IMG/VR virus record: IMGVR_UViG_3300020021_000012
Span: 1 to 58,342 of that record
Direction: 5' to 3' (one strand)
From: a virus
Lineage: Duplodnaviria > Caudoviricetes
Length of the DNA: 58,342 bases
Positions 44,770-53,788 of this stretch are shown here, one piece after another. Made by a program: the position numbers and the translations under genes. Below the pieces are notes generated by a model. It saw only the letters and a list, made by a program, of their open reading frames with translations, was not told where the DNA came from and made no database searches. Within the stretch, counting starts at the first letter, position 1. Each line of letters starts with the position of its first letter.

Positions 44770-46847
44770 TGCCGGTGTTCGAGCTCCAGCATCCCGACGG
44801 CAAGACCTACGAGGTCGACGCTCCGGATATGCAGGCGGCAGCGGCTGGGATGGCGGAGCACAAGACGTCGTCGGCAACCGACGCCTTCGGCCGCGGCATG
44901 ATGAAGGGCGCCACGTTCAATTTCTACGACGAGCTGACGGGCCTGGCCAAGGCTGGCGGCCTTGCGGAAGACGACCCTGACGTGGCGCATGCGATCAAGT
45001 CGCTTGCGGTCGGGTCGTACAAGAAGCTGCGCGGCGACGAGGATGCCCAGAAACACTACGACGAGCAGGTTGCCCGTACCCGCGCCAGTTCCAAGCAGAT
45101 GCAGGCGGAGCACCCCACGGCCACAATGGCCGGCGAGGTGACCGGTGCAGCGGCTCTCCCCGTCGGCGGCATGTTGCGGGCCGGGACAATGCCAGCGCGG
45201 ATGTTGCGCGGGGCAGGTTTAGGCGCGGTCACAGGCGCCGCCGCCGGGGCAGGTGAGGGCGAGGACCCCGCCGACCGTGCGACCCGCGCCGGTATGGGTG
45301 CCGTCACGGGCGGTGCTGTGGGTGCCGTCGCGCCTCCCGTGGTCGAAGGCTTGGTCCAAGGCGCTCGAGCAGTCGCGGCGCCGGTCGTCAACGCCGTGCG
45401 TGGTGCCTTCCGCCCGGGCGACGAGGCGGCCCGGCGCGTGGTTGGCGCGATCGAGCGCGATATCACGAACGATCCACAGGCCGCACAGCGGTTGACCCCG
45501 CAGGAATTCACGGCCAACCGCTTGCAGCCAGACGGCTCGGCCGCCGTTATGGACATGGGCGGAGAGACTACCCGCGCCCTCGCTCGCTCGGCCGCCAACA
45601 CCTCTCCGGAGGGCCGGCAGACCATCAACACCGCGATCGACCAGCGGTTCGAGGGGCAAACCGGCCGTGTGAGCGACTGGCTACGGCAGACATTCCACTA
45701 TCCGGATGCGACGGGGCAGCAAAAGGCAATCGAGCAGACCGCCCAGACCGTCAACCGTGCTGCCTATGGCCGCGCCATGCGCGATCCTGGCGCGCAGGCG
45801 ATGTGGGACGAGGGGTTCCAGCAACTGACCGCGGCGCCGGCCATGCGGGAGGCGATCCGATCAGCCGGGACCTCCGGGGCCAACCGTGCCGCCGCGCAGG
45901 GCTTCCGGGCGCCGGTCAACCCGTTCCAGTTTGCCGAAGACGGCACCATGACGATGAAGCAGGGTGTGACGCCCTCGCTGCAGTTCTGGGACCAAGTCAA
46001 GAAGAACCTCGACGGTATGATCGGCAAGGCCAAACGTGCCGGCGACAATACGCTGGTCGGCGAACTGCAGCCGCTCAAGTCCGGGCTGGTCAATCACCTG
46101 GACGAACTCGTTCCGACCTACCAGGAGGCCCGAGCCGGCGCGGCGCATTTCTTCGGGGCCGAGAACGCGCTCGAGGCCGGGCAGAATTTCGTCGGGGCAT
46201 CGTCGCGCTACGGGATGCCGGCGGCACGCGACGCTATGGCGCGAATGTCAGCCCAGGAACGGCAATTGTTCCAGGACGGCTATGTGTCGCGGCTGGTGGA
46301 GAAGATCGACGCCACCGGCGACCGCCGCAACATCGTCAACCAGGTCATGACCTCGCCGGCCGCTCGGGCGGAAATCCGGCTGGCGCTGGGGCCCGGCCGC
46401 TCGACCGAACTCGAGGCTCAGTTGCGGGTCGAGGGCATCATGGATTTGGCCCGGCGCGCGGTTCAGGGCAATTCAACGACGGCCCGGCAACTGGCGGAGT
46501 TGGGGCTTGCTGGGGGCGGTGGGGCGCTCGGCATCCACGGGGGTGTCACCCAGGACCCGCGGGAGATGACCGTTGCCGCCCTGATGGGCGCCTTGGCCAT
46601 GGGTGGGCGTCACATCGATCAGCGGGTGGCTCGACGGGTCGCCGAGATGCTCGTCTCGGATGACCCAGGGGTACTTCGCCGTGGCGTACAGGTGATCGCA
46701 CGTAACAATCAGTTCCTCAACTCGCTCCGTGCCGCGGACCAGCGGCTGGCGCGCATCGGTGGTCAGCAGTCGACGAATATCCCGGTACTTCAAACCAGAG
46801 GCTCTGGGCGCGGCGATGAGCAGCAACCAAACGTTCCACGGCCATGA
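44769..46847 (+). CDS. Ejection/internal virion protein
   Basis: PDGKTYEV N-terminus, GATF.F.DE, Gly/Ala-rich segments, GNSTTARQ. Confidence 0.7.
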   Translation: MPVFELQHPDGKTYEVDAPDMQAAAAGMAEHKTSSATDAFGRGMMKGATFNFYDELTGLAKAGGLAEDDPDVAHAIKSLAVGSYKKLRGDEDAQKHYDEQVARTRASSKQMQAEHPTATMAGEVTGAAALPVGGMLRAGTMPARMLRGAGLGAVTGAAAGAGEGEDPADRATRAGMGAVTGGAVGAVAPPVVEGLVQGARAVAAPVVNAVRGAFRPGDEAARRVVGAIERDITNDPQAAQRLTPQEFTANRLQPDGSAAVMDMGGETTRALARSAANTSPEGRQTINTAIDQRFEGQTGRVSDWLRQTFHYPDATGQQKAIEQTAQTVNRAAYGRAMRDPGAQAMWDEGFQQLTAAPAMREAIRSAGTSGANRAAAQGFRAPVNPFQFAEDGTMTMKQGVTPSLQFWDQVKKNLDGMIGKAKRAGDNTLVGELQPLKSGLVNHLDELVPTYQEARAGAAHFFGAENALEAGQNFVGASSRYGMPAARDAMARMSAQERQLFQDGYVSRLVEKIDATGDRRNIVNQVMTSPAARAEIRLALGPGRSTELEAQLRVEGIMDLARRAVQGNSTTARQLAELGLAGGGGALGIHGGVTQDPREMTVAALMGALAMGGRHIDQRVARRVAEMLVSDDPGVLRRGVQVIARNNQFLNSLRAADQRLARIGGQQSTNIPVLQTRGSGRGDEQQPNVPRP

Positions 46848-46898
46848 GGCTAGGAACAGGATCACCACGCATAGCGTGACGGCCAGGATGTAGCGCAT
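46473..46898 (-). CDS. Putative antisense membrane protein (leaderless)
   Basis: Hydrophobic N-terminus; TTGTAG-17-TAGGAT promoter (46933 to 46905) 6 nt before ATG; overlaps the ejection gene. Confidence 0.4.
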   Translation of the reverse strand: MRYILAVTLCVVILFLASWPWNVWLLLIAAPRASGLKYRDIRRLLTTDARQPLVRGTERVEELIVTCDHLYATAKYPWVIRDEHLGDPSSHPLIDVTPTHGQGAHQGGNGHLPRVLGDTPVDAERPTAPSKPQLRQLPGRR

Positions 46899-46954
46899 CC
46901 GCCAATCCTACCCGCCCGCGTTGAATTCTACAAATCAGACCTGAAAGGCCCTAA

Positions 46955-47914
46955 ATGGCCGGTCTTTTTCCATTCATAGCGAACTCCCAGAATTTCGACC
47001 GGAACGGCCAGCCGTTGGCCAATTCCGTGCTGTCGGTATTCCAGGGTGGTACGCTGACCCTGGCAAACTGCTTCCAGGATATCGGCCTGGCGCTGTCGGC
47101 ACCGAACCCGATGACGGCGGACCAGACTGCGAGGCTCCCCGTTTTCTATGTCGCCGACGGAATCTATTCCGTCCGTCTCGTCGATCAGTTCGGCGTCGAA
47201 ATCTACTTCTATCCGCAGGTGCCATCGATCGGTGCCTCGACCTCGGGCGGTGGCGGATCGGCGGTCGATCCTACGACGATCGCCCAGACCGGCGATCCGA
47301 TCTGGCTGCCGATCGACAACACTCGTACCGGCTGGGTGCGGATGAACGGCCGCACCATCGGTTCCCCCACATCGGGGGCGACCGAGCGCGCCAACAACGA
47401 TGCGCAGAACCTGTTTCTCTATAACTGGAACAACTTCACCGATGCGCTTTGTCCGGTTATCTCGGGGCGTGGCGTGTCGGCTGCGGCGGATTGGGCCGCA
47501 AACAAGCAGATCACCATGCTCGACATGCGCGGGCGTGGGCCCTACGGCCTCGATACCATGGGCAACACCGCGGCGGGTGTCCTGACGCTTGCGAATCTTG
47601 GCGTTGACCCCACGGTGGCGTCGCTGGCGATCGGCGAGGAAAAACATCTGCTCGCCACGCCAGAACTTCCTACCATCACGCCGGCCGGCACGAACAGCGC
47701 GCCGGTTGTCACCGCCAAGCGGCGAAACCGGAATGATGCCGCCCTCGGTTCGGGTCCTACAGAATTTATCACAGAGAATCAGACGGATGGAAACTCCGTC
47801 GACAATGCCGTGACCGCGAGCGCGCCAACCTTCACAGGCACGCCGTTCGGCGGTGGCGGCACGCACAACAACACCCCGCCCGGACGCGTCGGGACATGGT
47901 TCCAAAAGTTGTAA
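46955..47914 (+). CDS. Tail fibre protein with head-binding-like N-terminus and tail-collar domain
   Basis: FD.NGQPL...L...GT, GW..MNG.TIG, LDMRGR, GEEKHLL...ELP. Confidence 0.75.
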   Translation: MAGLFPFIANSQNFDRNGQPLANSVLSVFQGGTLTLANCFQDIGLALSAPNPMTADQTARLPVFYVADGIYSVRLVDQFGVEIYFYPQVPSIGASTSGGGGSAVDPTTIAQTGDPIWLPIDNTRTGWVRMNGRTIGSPTSGATERANNDAQNLFLYNWNNFTDALCPVISGRGVSAAADWAANKQITMLDMRGRGPYGLDTMGNTAAGVLTLANLGVDPTVASLAIGEEKHLLATPELPTITPAGTNSAPVVTAKRRNRNDAALGSGPTEFITENQTDGNSVDNAVTASAPTFTGTPFGGGGTHNNTPPGRVGTWFQKL

Positions 47915-47918
47915 AATT

Positions 47919-48350
47919 ATGGACCTCAACCCGACATTATTTCCAGCTATTTCGAACAGAGAAACCTGGCAACAGGTCATCCTCCTGTCCGATGGCGACA
48001 CCGGAGACGCGATTGAGTTGACCGACGCCGCTAATGGCTCAGGCAATCCTCTCTACGGCGTCAATCTGGAGATCGCCCCGGCACGCGAACCCCGCGGGGG
48101 AATGGGGATCGGCATCAGCCCGTTCTATGACGACTGGGATTCGCCGGTCATCACGGGGTCGTTGTCCAACTACATCACCATCATCGGTGCCGGCGTGATC
48201 CAGATCGTAATTCCAAAATCGATCATGCAGTCGTTGCGGGCTACGCAGACCTACGACGTGTTCCTCACCCTCACGACCAACGGCGAGGATGATGGCCGGC
48301 AACTGCTGATCGGGCGGTTGCCTGTGTTCTACGGCGGGCGGAGCACCTAG
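47919..48350 (+). CDS. Tail-associated hypothetical protein
   Basis: Start re-called at MDLNPT. Confidence 0.65.
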   Translation: MDLNPTLFPAISNRETWQQVILLSDGDTGDAIELTDAANGSGNPLYGVNLEIAPAREPRGGMGIGISPFYDDWDSPVITGSLSNYITIIGAGVIQIVIPKSIMQSLRATQTYDVFLTLTTNGEDDGRQLLIGRLPVFYGGRST

Positions 48351-48353
48351 GAT

Positions 48354-48911
48354 ATGACGCTTCCCGTAAGCATCCGAATCAACGTGATGGTCCTGTTCCC
48401 GGCGCGGGTGCAGGGATCAGGCTTCCTGACGGTCACGAAGGCCAACGGGATATTCACTCTCGGCATCGACTACTCTCTGCTCGGAACTCCGATCCCACTG
48501 AACGATCCCGCAAATACGGTGGTCGCCGTCTTCAACCTCATCACCAAAGCGTACAATCTCACGACTTTGGCAACGCTGATTGCATCGGCGGTTGGCGGCT
48601 ATCGCATGGTTACCGCGGCTGGAGATATCGCGGCGTCTGCGACCGATACCACGATACTTGTCAACAAAACTGTCGGCGCGGCGACCAACATCGTAGTGCC
48701 GACATCGGCATCGCGGCAAGGCCTGCCGCTGCGCGTCAAGGACTACAAGCGCGATGCCGGCACCAACAACATTACGTTCGTGATGTCCGCAGGCGAGACA
48801 ATGGACGGGCTGTCGCAGGCTGCGGCCGATGCGGCAGGTCTCACCAAGATCGATATGAACGGCGACGACAAGACTTGGTCGCCGTTGACCTCTGGGGGCT
48901 GGTTCACATGA
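48354..48911 (+). CDS. Tail-associated beta-rich protein
   Basis: VKD..DAG.NNIT....GET.DG fibre-type motif. Confidence 0.65.
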   Translation: MTLPVSIRINVMVLFPARVQGSGFLTVTKANGIFTLGIDYSLLGTPIPLNDPANTVVAVFNLITKAYNLTTLATLIASAVGGYRMVTAAGDIAASATDTTILVNKTVGAATNIVVPTSASRQGLPLRVKDYKRDAGTNNITFVMSAGETMDGLSQAAADAAGLTKIDMNGDDKTWSPLTSGGWFT

Positions 48912-50272
48912 TTCTTCGTCGGACGATTGCGTTTGCTATCGCGTTGCTGCTGGCGCCATGCGCCTCGCTGGCGCAATCAACAATTCCATCCGGCCATCTG
49001 CTCGGCAACTCGACCGCGGCGGAACGCACGCCGACTGATACGACCTTGTCAGCGCTGTTCGATCGCGCGTTCGCATGCACGCAAGGACAGATCGTCAATC
49101 GCGGCGCTTCTCTGAATTCCTGCACTGCGGCCCCGATTTTGGGGCTTTCCGGAACGCTAGGATCGCTGAGTTTCGGCAATGCGACGTCCGGTCTGGTGAA
49201 GATTCAGCCGGTTACCGGCGTGCTTGGGTCATCGGTCCTGAGCCTTCCTGCGGCGACCGACACGCTGACGGGCAAGGCCACTACCGACATCTTCACCAAC
49301 AAGACCTATGACACTGCCGGCACCGGCAACTCTTTCAAGATAAACGGCCAGTCGATCACCTCAGTCAGCGGCACCGGTACGCAGGTTGCCATTGTCGGCG
49401 CGCTGACGAATAGCACCGTGCCGCGCTGGCTGGCCGGCGTTCTGTCCAACGGCGCCATCTCGGATGACGGCACCAATATCGCCGTTGCTGGTGCGGCGTC
49501 TGCTACCGCATTTTCGTCTGGCACAAACGGCGTGATTGGCGGAAGCCTGACGCTCAACGGCTCGGCAACGGGCAGCTCTCTCGTTAAGGTGGCCGCTGCC
49601 GCCGGCTCCTCAACCTTTCAGCTTCCCGTAGGGAATGGGTCAAGCGGTCAACTGCTCTCGACCAATGGCTCTGGTGTGACGAGTTGGATCACGGCATCCG
49701 GCACCGGCACTGTCACGAGCGTCGTCTGCGGCAGCGTCACCATCACCAGCACAGGAACCTGCGACAACGGCGTGTTGCTCGATACCGTGACGGCCAGCAG
49801 TTCGGCAAGCATCACTGGGGCGGTCACATTCTCCGGCACCTATAACCGCTATCAGCTCGTATTCTCCGGCATCCTGCCGGCCACCAACGCGGTCGGCTGC
49901 CGGCTGCGCATCAACAGCGGCGGAATTCAGACTACGGGATATCTGGCCGCCATTGTGTTTTCGACCGCCGCAGCCACGCCCGTTGCCAGCGCCCCGACAA
50001 CGTTCATAAATTGTTCGCGCTCCGACACGGCCGATGTTCCGAATACCGGACAGGGCATCTCTGGACAAGTCTGGATTGATGCTCCGTCGGGCACGACGGC
50101 GCCCAAGAACATCGACGTGAAGTTCGTCTATCCGTCGTCGGCAAACTCGATCACGCAGCTATCGGGAGGCGGCTTCTGGAACGGCGGCAACGGTGCCGTG
50201 ACCAATTGGCAGGTCGATTTCACCTCCGGCAATATCGCGAGTGGGACCGTCAGGGTTTACGGCTGGAAGTGA
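48908..50272 (+). CDS. Tail-fibre-like protein carrying a signal peptide
   Basis: MILRRTIAFAIALLLAPCASLA|Q; LP...DTL.G..T.D.FTNKT, LP..NGSSGQLL.TNGSG..SW, GNIASGTVRVYG; 6 mature Cys. Confidence 0.78.
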   Translation: MILRRTIAFAIALLLAPCASLAQSTIPSGHLLGNSTAAERTPTDTTLSALFDRAFACTQGQIVNRGASLNSCTAAPILGLSGTLGSLSFGNATSGLVKIQPVTGVLGSSVLSLPAATDTLTGKATTDIFTNKTYDTAGTGNSFKINGQSITSVSGTGTQVAIVGALTNSTVPRWLAGVLSNGAISDDGTNIAVAGAASATAFSSGTNGVIGGSLTLNGSATGSSLVKVAAAAGSSTFQLPVGNGSSGQLLSTNGSGVTSWITASGTGTVTSVVCGSVTITSTGTCDNGVLLDTVTASSSASITGAVTFSGTYNRYQLVFSGILPATNAVGCRLRINSGGIQTTGYLAAIVFSTAAATPVASAPTTFINCSRSDTADVPNTGQGISGQVWIDAPSGTTAPKNIDVKFVYPSSANSITQLSGGGFWNGGNGAVTNWQVDFTSGNIASGTVRVYGWK

Positions 50273-50484
50273 TGGTGTCGCTCGGCCGCAATGGTGGCCA
50301 AGCTCACCGCGAGCGCGATTAGCAACGCCACCGCGCCAAGCAGTACGCCCTTCCACCCGAATTGAATAATCGCCACGCCGCCTGCAAGTCCCGCCAGATA
50401 GGTGATGGTCGGTTTCATTCCGCAACCTTACCGGACCCAACCTGCGATGTCATCCCCCATTCCACTACCGCGAGGAAACCCAGC

Positions 50485-51558
50485 ATGTGGGCCAATTTCG
50501 ACGGGCGTCCGTATGATCGCGCCAGCTTGGCGGCCCATATTGCCGCGATCGATTTCTCCCATTGGAGGCGCAAGGACGGATCGAAGGGCGTCCCGCTCTA
50601 TCTCGTGTTCCACAATACGTCTGAGCCGACGATCGCGCTTTGGCTGTCGTGGTCTCTGCAGGTTCGCCAGCAATACATCCTCAACGCCGAACACATGTAT
50701 GAGGTCGAAGACGGTTGGCGCGCTGGACCGCATTTCTTTGTTCCACCGACAGTTGATCCCTGCGCCTTCGGGTTCTCTGATCCTGGTACGGCCGGTACGC
50801 ACGCTTCGTGCTTCAACTCGGACTCGATCGGCATCGAGCAAGTCGGCGAGTTCAACGTCGAGGCTTACGACACCGGGCCAGGGGCGATCGTTCAGGACAA
50901 TACGATCTACCTCGCCGCGCTGCTCTATCGGCGCATCGGTATCGCGCCGGACACGAATACGCTGAAATTCCATATCGAGTGCAAGGCCGACGACCATGAC
51001 TGCCCAGGGAAATTCGCCCGGGACAAGGCGGGGCTGATTGCCAAGATCAAGGCGAAGATGGCGGAGCTGGCCGGCGCGGCACCCGTGGCCCCGTCTCCGT
51101 CGCCGGCCGCTGTTATGCAGGCTGCGCAAGCGACCCCCGGGCCGCGCCCCGTGCTGTTTCACGTCCACGGCAAGATGTCCACGTTCGGCGGTCCGCACGA
51201 TACCGGTGTCGGCTCCAGCGAGGGCCTGGCGCTCTACACCAGCGCCCAGCAGCTCGCGGACACTCTTGGCGGCGATTGGGTTCTGACGGCTTCCCAGGCC
51301 GGCGCCTATGGCCTCGCGCGCCGCATCAACCCCGACAAGTCCTATCTGGCCTGCCGGTGGACGGGCCAGTACCCGTTCCTGCGCACCGCGGCCGTGCACG
51401 TCTCAGCCAACGGCAAGAGCGTGGTAGCCCATGCCGTCGACTGGGGCCCGAACGTCAATACCGGCCGCGTGGCCGATCTGTCGCCCGGGCTGGCCAAGGC
51501 GCTCGGGCTCGATACCGACGGCGCGTGCGAGGTCATCGTCTACGCCGATGGCAAATAG
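50485..51558 (+). CDS. Endolysin: N-acetylmuramoyl-L-alanine amidase plus C-terminal DPBB/RlpA-like domain
   Basis: VFHNT, PHFFV, H...FN..SIGIE, H...HDCPG; VDWGP...GRVADLSPG. Confidence 0.82.
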   Translation: MWANFDGRPYDRASLAAHIAAIDFSHWRRKDGSKGVPLYLVFHNTSEPTIALWLSWSLQVRQQYILNAEHMYEVEDGWRAGPHFFVPPTVDPCAFGFSDPGTAGTHASCFNSDSIGIEQVGEFNVEAYDTGPGAIVQDNTIYLAALLYRRIGIAPDTNTLKFHIECKADDHDCPGKFARDKAGLIAKIKAKMAELAGAAPVAPSPSPAAVMQAAQATPGPRPVLFHVHGKMSTFGGPHDTGVGSSEGLALYTSAQQLADTLGGDWVLTASQAGAYGLARRINPDKSYLACRWTGQYPFLRTAAVHVSANGKSVVAHAVDWGPNVNTGRVADLSPGLAKALGLDTDGACEVIVYADGK

Positions 51559-51569
51559 GGGGGGGTGAC

Positions 51570-51884
51570 ATGACCACCGAGCAGATCGAGGCGGCGGTTG
51601 ACGAAGGTATCCGTCAATATTGGGCCGATAACGAGCTTCAATCTCAGGCTTTCGCAGAATGGAAAGCGGCGGGTTTCGCTGGCAAGTGCCGACAACATGC
51701 GGAAGGCAGCTTGGCCGATTATGTCAAGCGGGCCCTCCGTCAGGCGGAAGTTGGGCGCGAGACAGTTGCCGCGTGGATGATGGAGCGCAGCTACGCCACC
51801 GGGCACGGCGATACGATCGAGGATTTACTGGTCGAACTCGAAGGGCATGCGCGCGACCGAGGGGCGAGGGAGCGGAAATCATGA
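51570..51884 (+). CDS. Hypothetical protein
   Basis: YATGHGDTIEDLL motif. Confidence 0.65.
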   Translation: MTTEQIEAAVDEGIRQYWADNELQSQAFAEWKAAGFAGKCRQHAEGSLADYVKRALRQAEVGRETVAAWMMERSYATGHGDTIEDLLVELEGHARDRGARERKS

Positions 51885-52012
51885 TCCGCACGCCGCCGCT
51901 CACCCCGGCCGAATTCGAGGAGGCCAAGGTCAACTTCCTGCGATTCGTGTTCAGGCTGTTCTTCGCCGTGGGCACTGCATCCCTCATCTGGAGCCATTTC
52001 CATGCTGTATGA
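51881..52012 (+). CDS. Small membrane protein
   Basis: 43 aa with C-terminal TM; ATGA-coupled. Confidence 0.5.
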   Translation: MIRTPPLTPAEFEEAKVNFLRFVFRLFFAVGTASLIWSHFHAV

Positions 52013-52280
52013 CGCCAAACGCTGGAGTCGCCCCACGGTCATCTCCGTCGAGGGCCTGATCGACTGGCTGGAGACGCAACCCGCCGCCGGCCGCTATGAC
52101 TGGCCGCGGACCCGCAAATGTCTGCTCGGGCGCTGGTTCCTGTCCATGGGCATGGACGGCCCCACGGCTGACCGCCTGTGCCAAGCGTACAGCCTGACCC
52201 TGCCGTACCTGCACATTGCGCATAGCGAGCCCTGGACGTTCGGGGCGGCTCTGGAGCGGGCCCGGAAATACACCGTATGA
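52002..52280 (+). CDS. Hypothetical protein
   Basis: LIDWLETQP...YDW...CLL...PWTFGAALERAR. Confidence 0.65.
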   Translation: MLYDAKRWSRPTVISVEGLIDWLETQPAAGRYDWPRTRKCLLGRWFLSMGMDGPTADRLCQAYSLTLPYLHIAHSEPWTFGAALERARKYTV

Positions 52281-52408
52281 GGGCTGAGACTTTCCTCGGG
52301 GCGGCTTCGATCGTCTTCGCGGTTTGGCTCGCTTGGCACATTGGCCACGATTACGGACGACGAAACTACGAGCGGCCAGCAGCCATGGGTGACGTCGGAA
52401 AACGCTGA
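52277..52408 (+). CDS. Small membrane protein (43 aa)
   Basis: Manually translated MRAETFLGAASIVFAVWLAWH...; ATGA-coupled. Confidence 0.5.
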   Translation: MRAETFLGAASIVFAVWLAWHIGHDYGRRNYERPAAMGDVGKR

Positions 52409-52414
52409 ATTTAC

Positions 52415-52443
52415 TTGATGTTCATGGTGTGTTCTTGTATAGA
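52415..52443 (+). promoter_or_regulatory. Sigma70-type promoter
   Basis: TTGATG (52415-52420), 17 nt, TATAGA (52438-52443). Confidence 0.65.
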
Positions 52444-52449
52444 AAAAGT

Positions 52450-52860
52450 TGCGCCGGCAGCGATGCGACTCGCCCCGGCGCTGATCGGAACGGACTCGCT
52501 GGAAGCAGTCCCGATCGAGGTGGCCCATATATCACACCTCGATATCCCAGCGCAACCGGCCCGTACACAGTTTGTCGAGTCGCCGCGCGTTATCGGGGTC
52601 GCTGGCCTAACCGCGCGAGGAATGGGCGCTAGGTGAGTACTGTCAAAGCGTCCACGGGTCTGATCGGAGAGCCATTGGCGCAAGCCTCAACGCTCTCTGA
52701 GGGGTGCCCGGACAGTCACACGGGTGTTGTGAACAAGTCCCTCGGTTGGCTGTGCTCCCAAAAAGCAGCCGCCTCCGGCAATGGGCCCTCGTCCGAAAGG
52801 ATAAGAGCTGTCCCGGAATGATCGCCAACCCTGTGAGGGGCCAAGCGATCTTTCCGGACT
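52450..52860 (+). ncRNA. Putative large structured ncRNA upstream of HNH gene (family not recognised)
   Basis: Nested long-range stems and four GNRA-capped hairpins; no convincing ORF; begins at the predicted TSS. Confidence 0.6.
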
Positions 52861-52928
52861 GCAAAACCCTTGAACCGAAGGATAAGAACTCAGGAAGTAA
52901 GAAGGTAGTAAGTAAGAGGGAGAGGGCG

Positions 52929-53564
52929 GTGCTCTGGATCGATCGAATTGAGTTGCTCATTCAGCGGGACGGGCGCCATTGCCACTACTGCAAGCGCCCT
53001 GTTCGCCTTGCGCGTGAGCTATCCGCACACCGCAAGGATGACGCCACGATCGATCATAAAATTCCCACGAGTAAGGGGGGAGCCAACGCCCCCGATAATC
53101 TCTTGCTCGCGTGTCGTGAATGCAATGAGGCAAAGGCTGATCGTGATTACAATGACTTCGTCGCGCGGCCGTATCGCGTAGAACGCGATGGTCGACCCAT
53201 CAGGTCAAAATGGCCGTGCAGTCGGTGGCCGCGTAATCCTCCCGTGCGGGAGGAAAAGCCTATCAAGGGCACGCTAGCTCACGCTATCGCTAAGGGCGAA
53301 GTTGACGAGGTCGGCCGTTATCGGATGGCGCCGATGGACCATAAGCCTAGCAAGGCTCGCCAGTATCGTGAAGACCAAAACGAATTAGACCGAATAGAGA
53401 GAGATTGGCCCTGGCTGGGTAATCTGGTTCGGCCGCGCGTCGAACAGGTCGGCTTTGGACCATGGGCCGCGCCTGCTCCGGCTAAGCGGATGACGGCATT
53501 GGAGACCGCGCGTTACTTGCGTGAGAGCGCGGAAACCAAGGGAAAGCCGTGGCCGCTGGCTTAA
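52929..53564 (+). CDS. HNH endonuclease with basic C-terminal extension
   Basis: RDG..CHYC, TIDHKIP.SKGG.N..NL..AC..CN..K; GTG start after GAGGGAGAGGG. Confidence 0.88.
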   Translation: MLWIDRIELLIQRDGRHCHYCKRPVRLARELSAHRKDDATIDHKIPTSKGGANAPDNLLLACRECNEAKADRDYNDFVARPYRVERDGRPIRSKWPCSRWPRNPPVREEKPIKGTLAHAIAKGEVDEVGRYRMAPMDHKPSKARQYREDQNELDRIERDWPWLGNLVRPRVEQVGFGPWAAPAPAKRMTALETARYLRESAETKGKPWPLA

Positions 53565-53623
53565 CGTCGCCCTGAAACACTCGACCTACCGCCTTTCCAA
53601 TCCTCACCACAGGAGACTTACCC

Positions 53624-53788
53624 ATGGCTGGACCCATGCTCGATAAGCTTATCGCCGAAATCAAGAACGGCTTCTTCAAGGTCAAGCCGGACGACGCAAC
53701 GGCAGCGCTGGAGGAAATCAAGTCGCGGCTCGATGCGCTGGAGGGTGGCGTTGCGCAGTTGAAGACGCCCGGCGTCCAAAAGATATGA
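53624..53788 (+). CDS. Hypothetical protein (54 aa)
   Basis: MAGPMLDKLIAEIK...; AGGAG RBS. Confidence 0.65.
   Translation: MAGPMLDKLIAEIKNGFFKVKPDDATAALEEIKSRLDALEGGVAQLKTPGVQKI

Noticed and set aside
52704-52928. N-terminal 75 aa of the 286-aa HNH ORF in the track
   Set aside because: Overlaps the structured RNA and lacks an RBS; GTG 52929 has a strong RBS and starts at the domain boundary.
52450-53564. Group I intron with homing endonuclease, or IscB/HEARO element
   Set aside because: No interrupted gene or recognisable P7 elements; the protein has no RuvC or PLMP motifs. Kept as an unclassified RNA pending an Rfam search.
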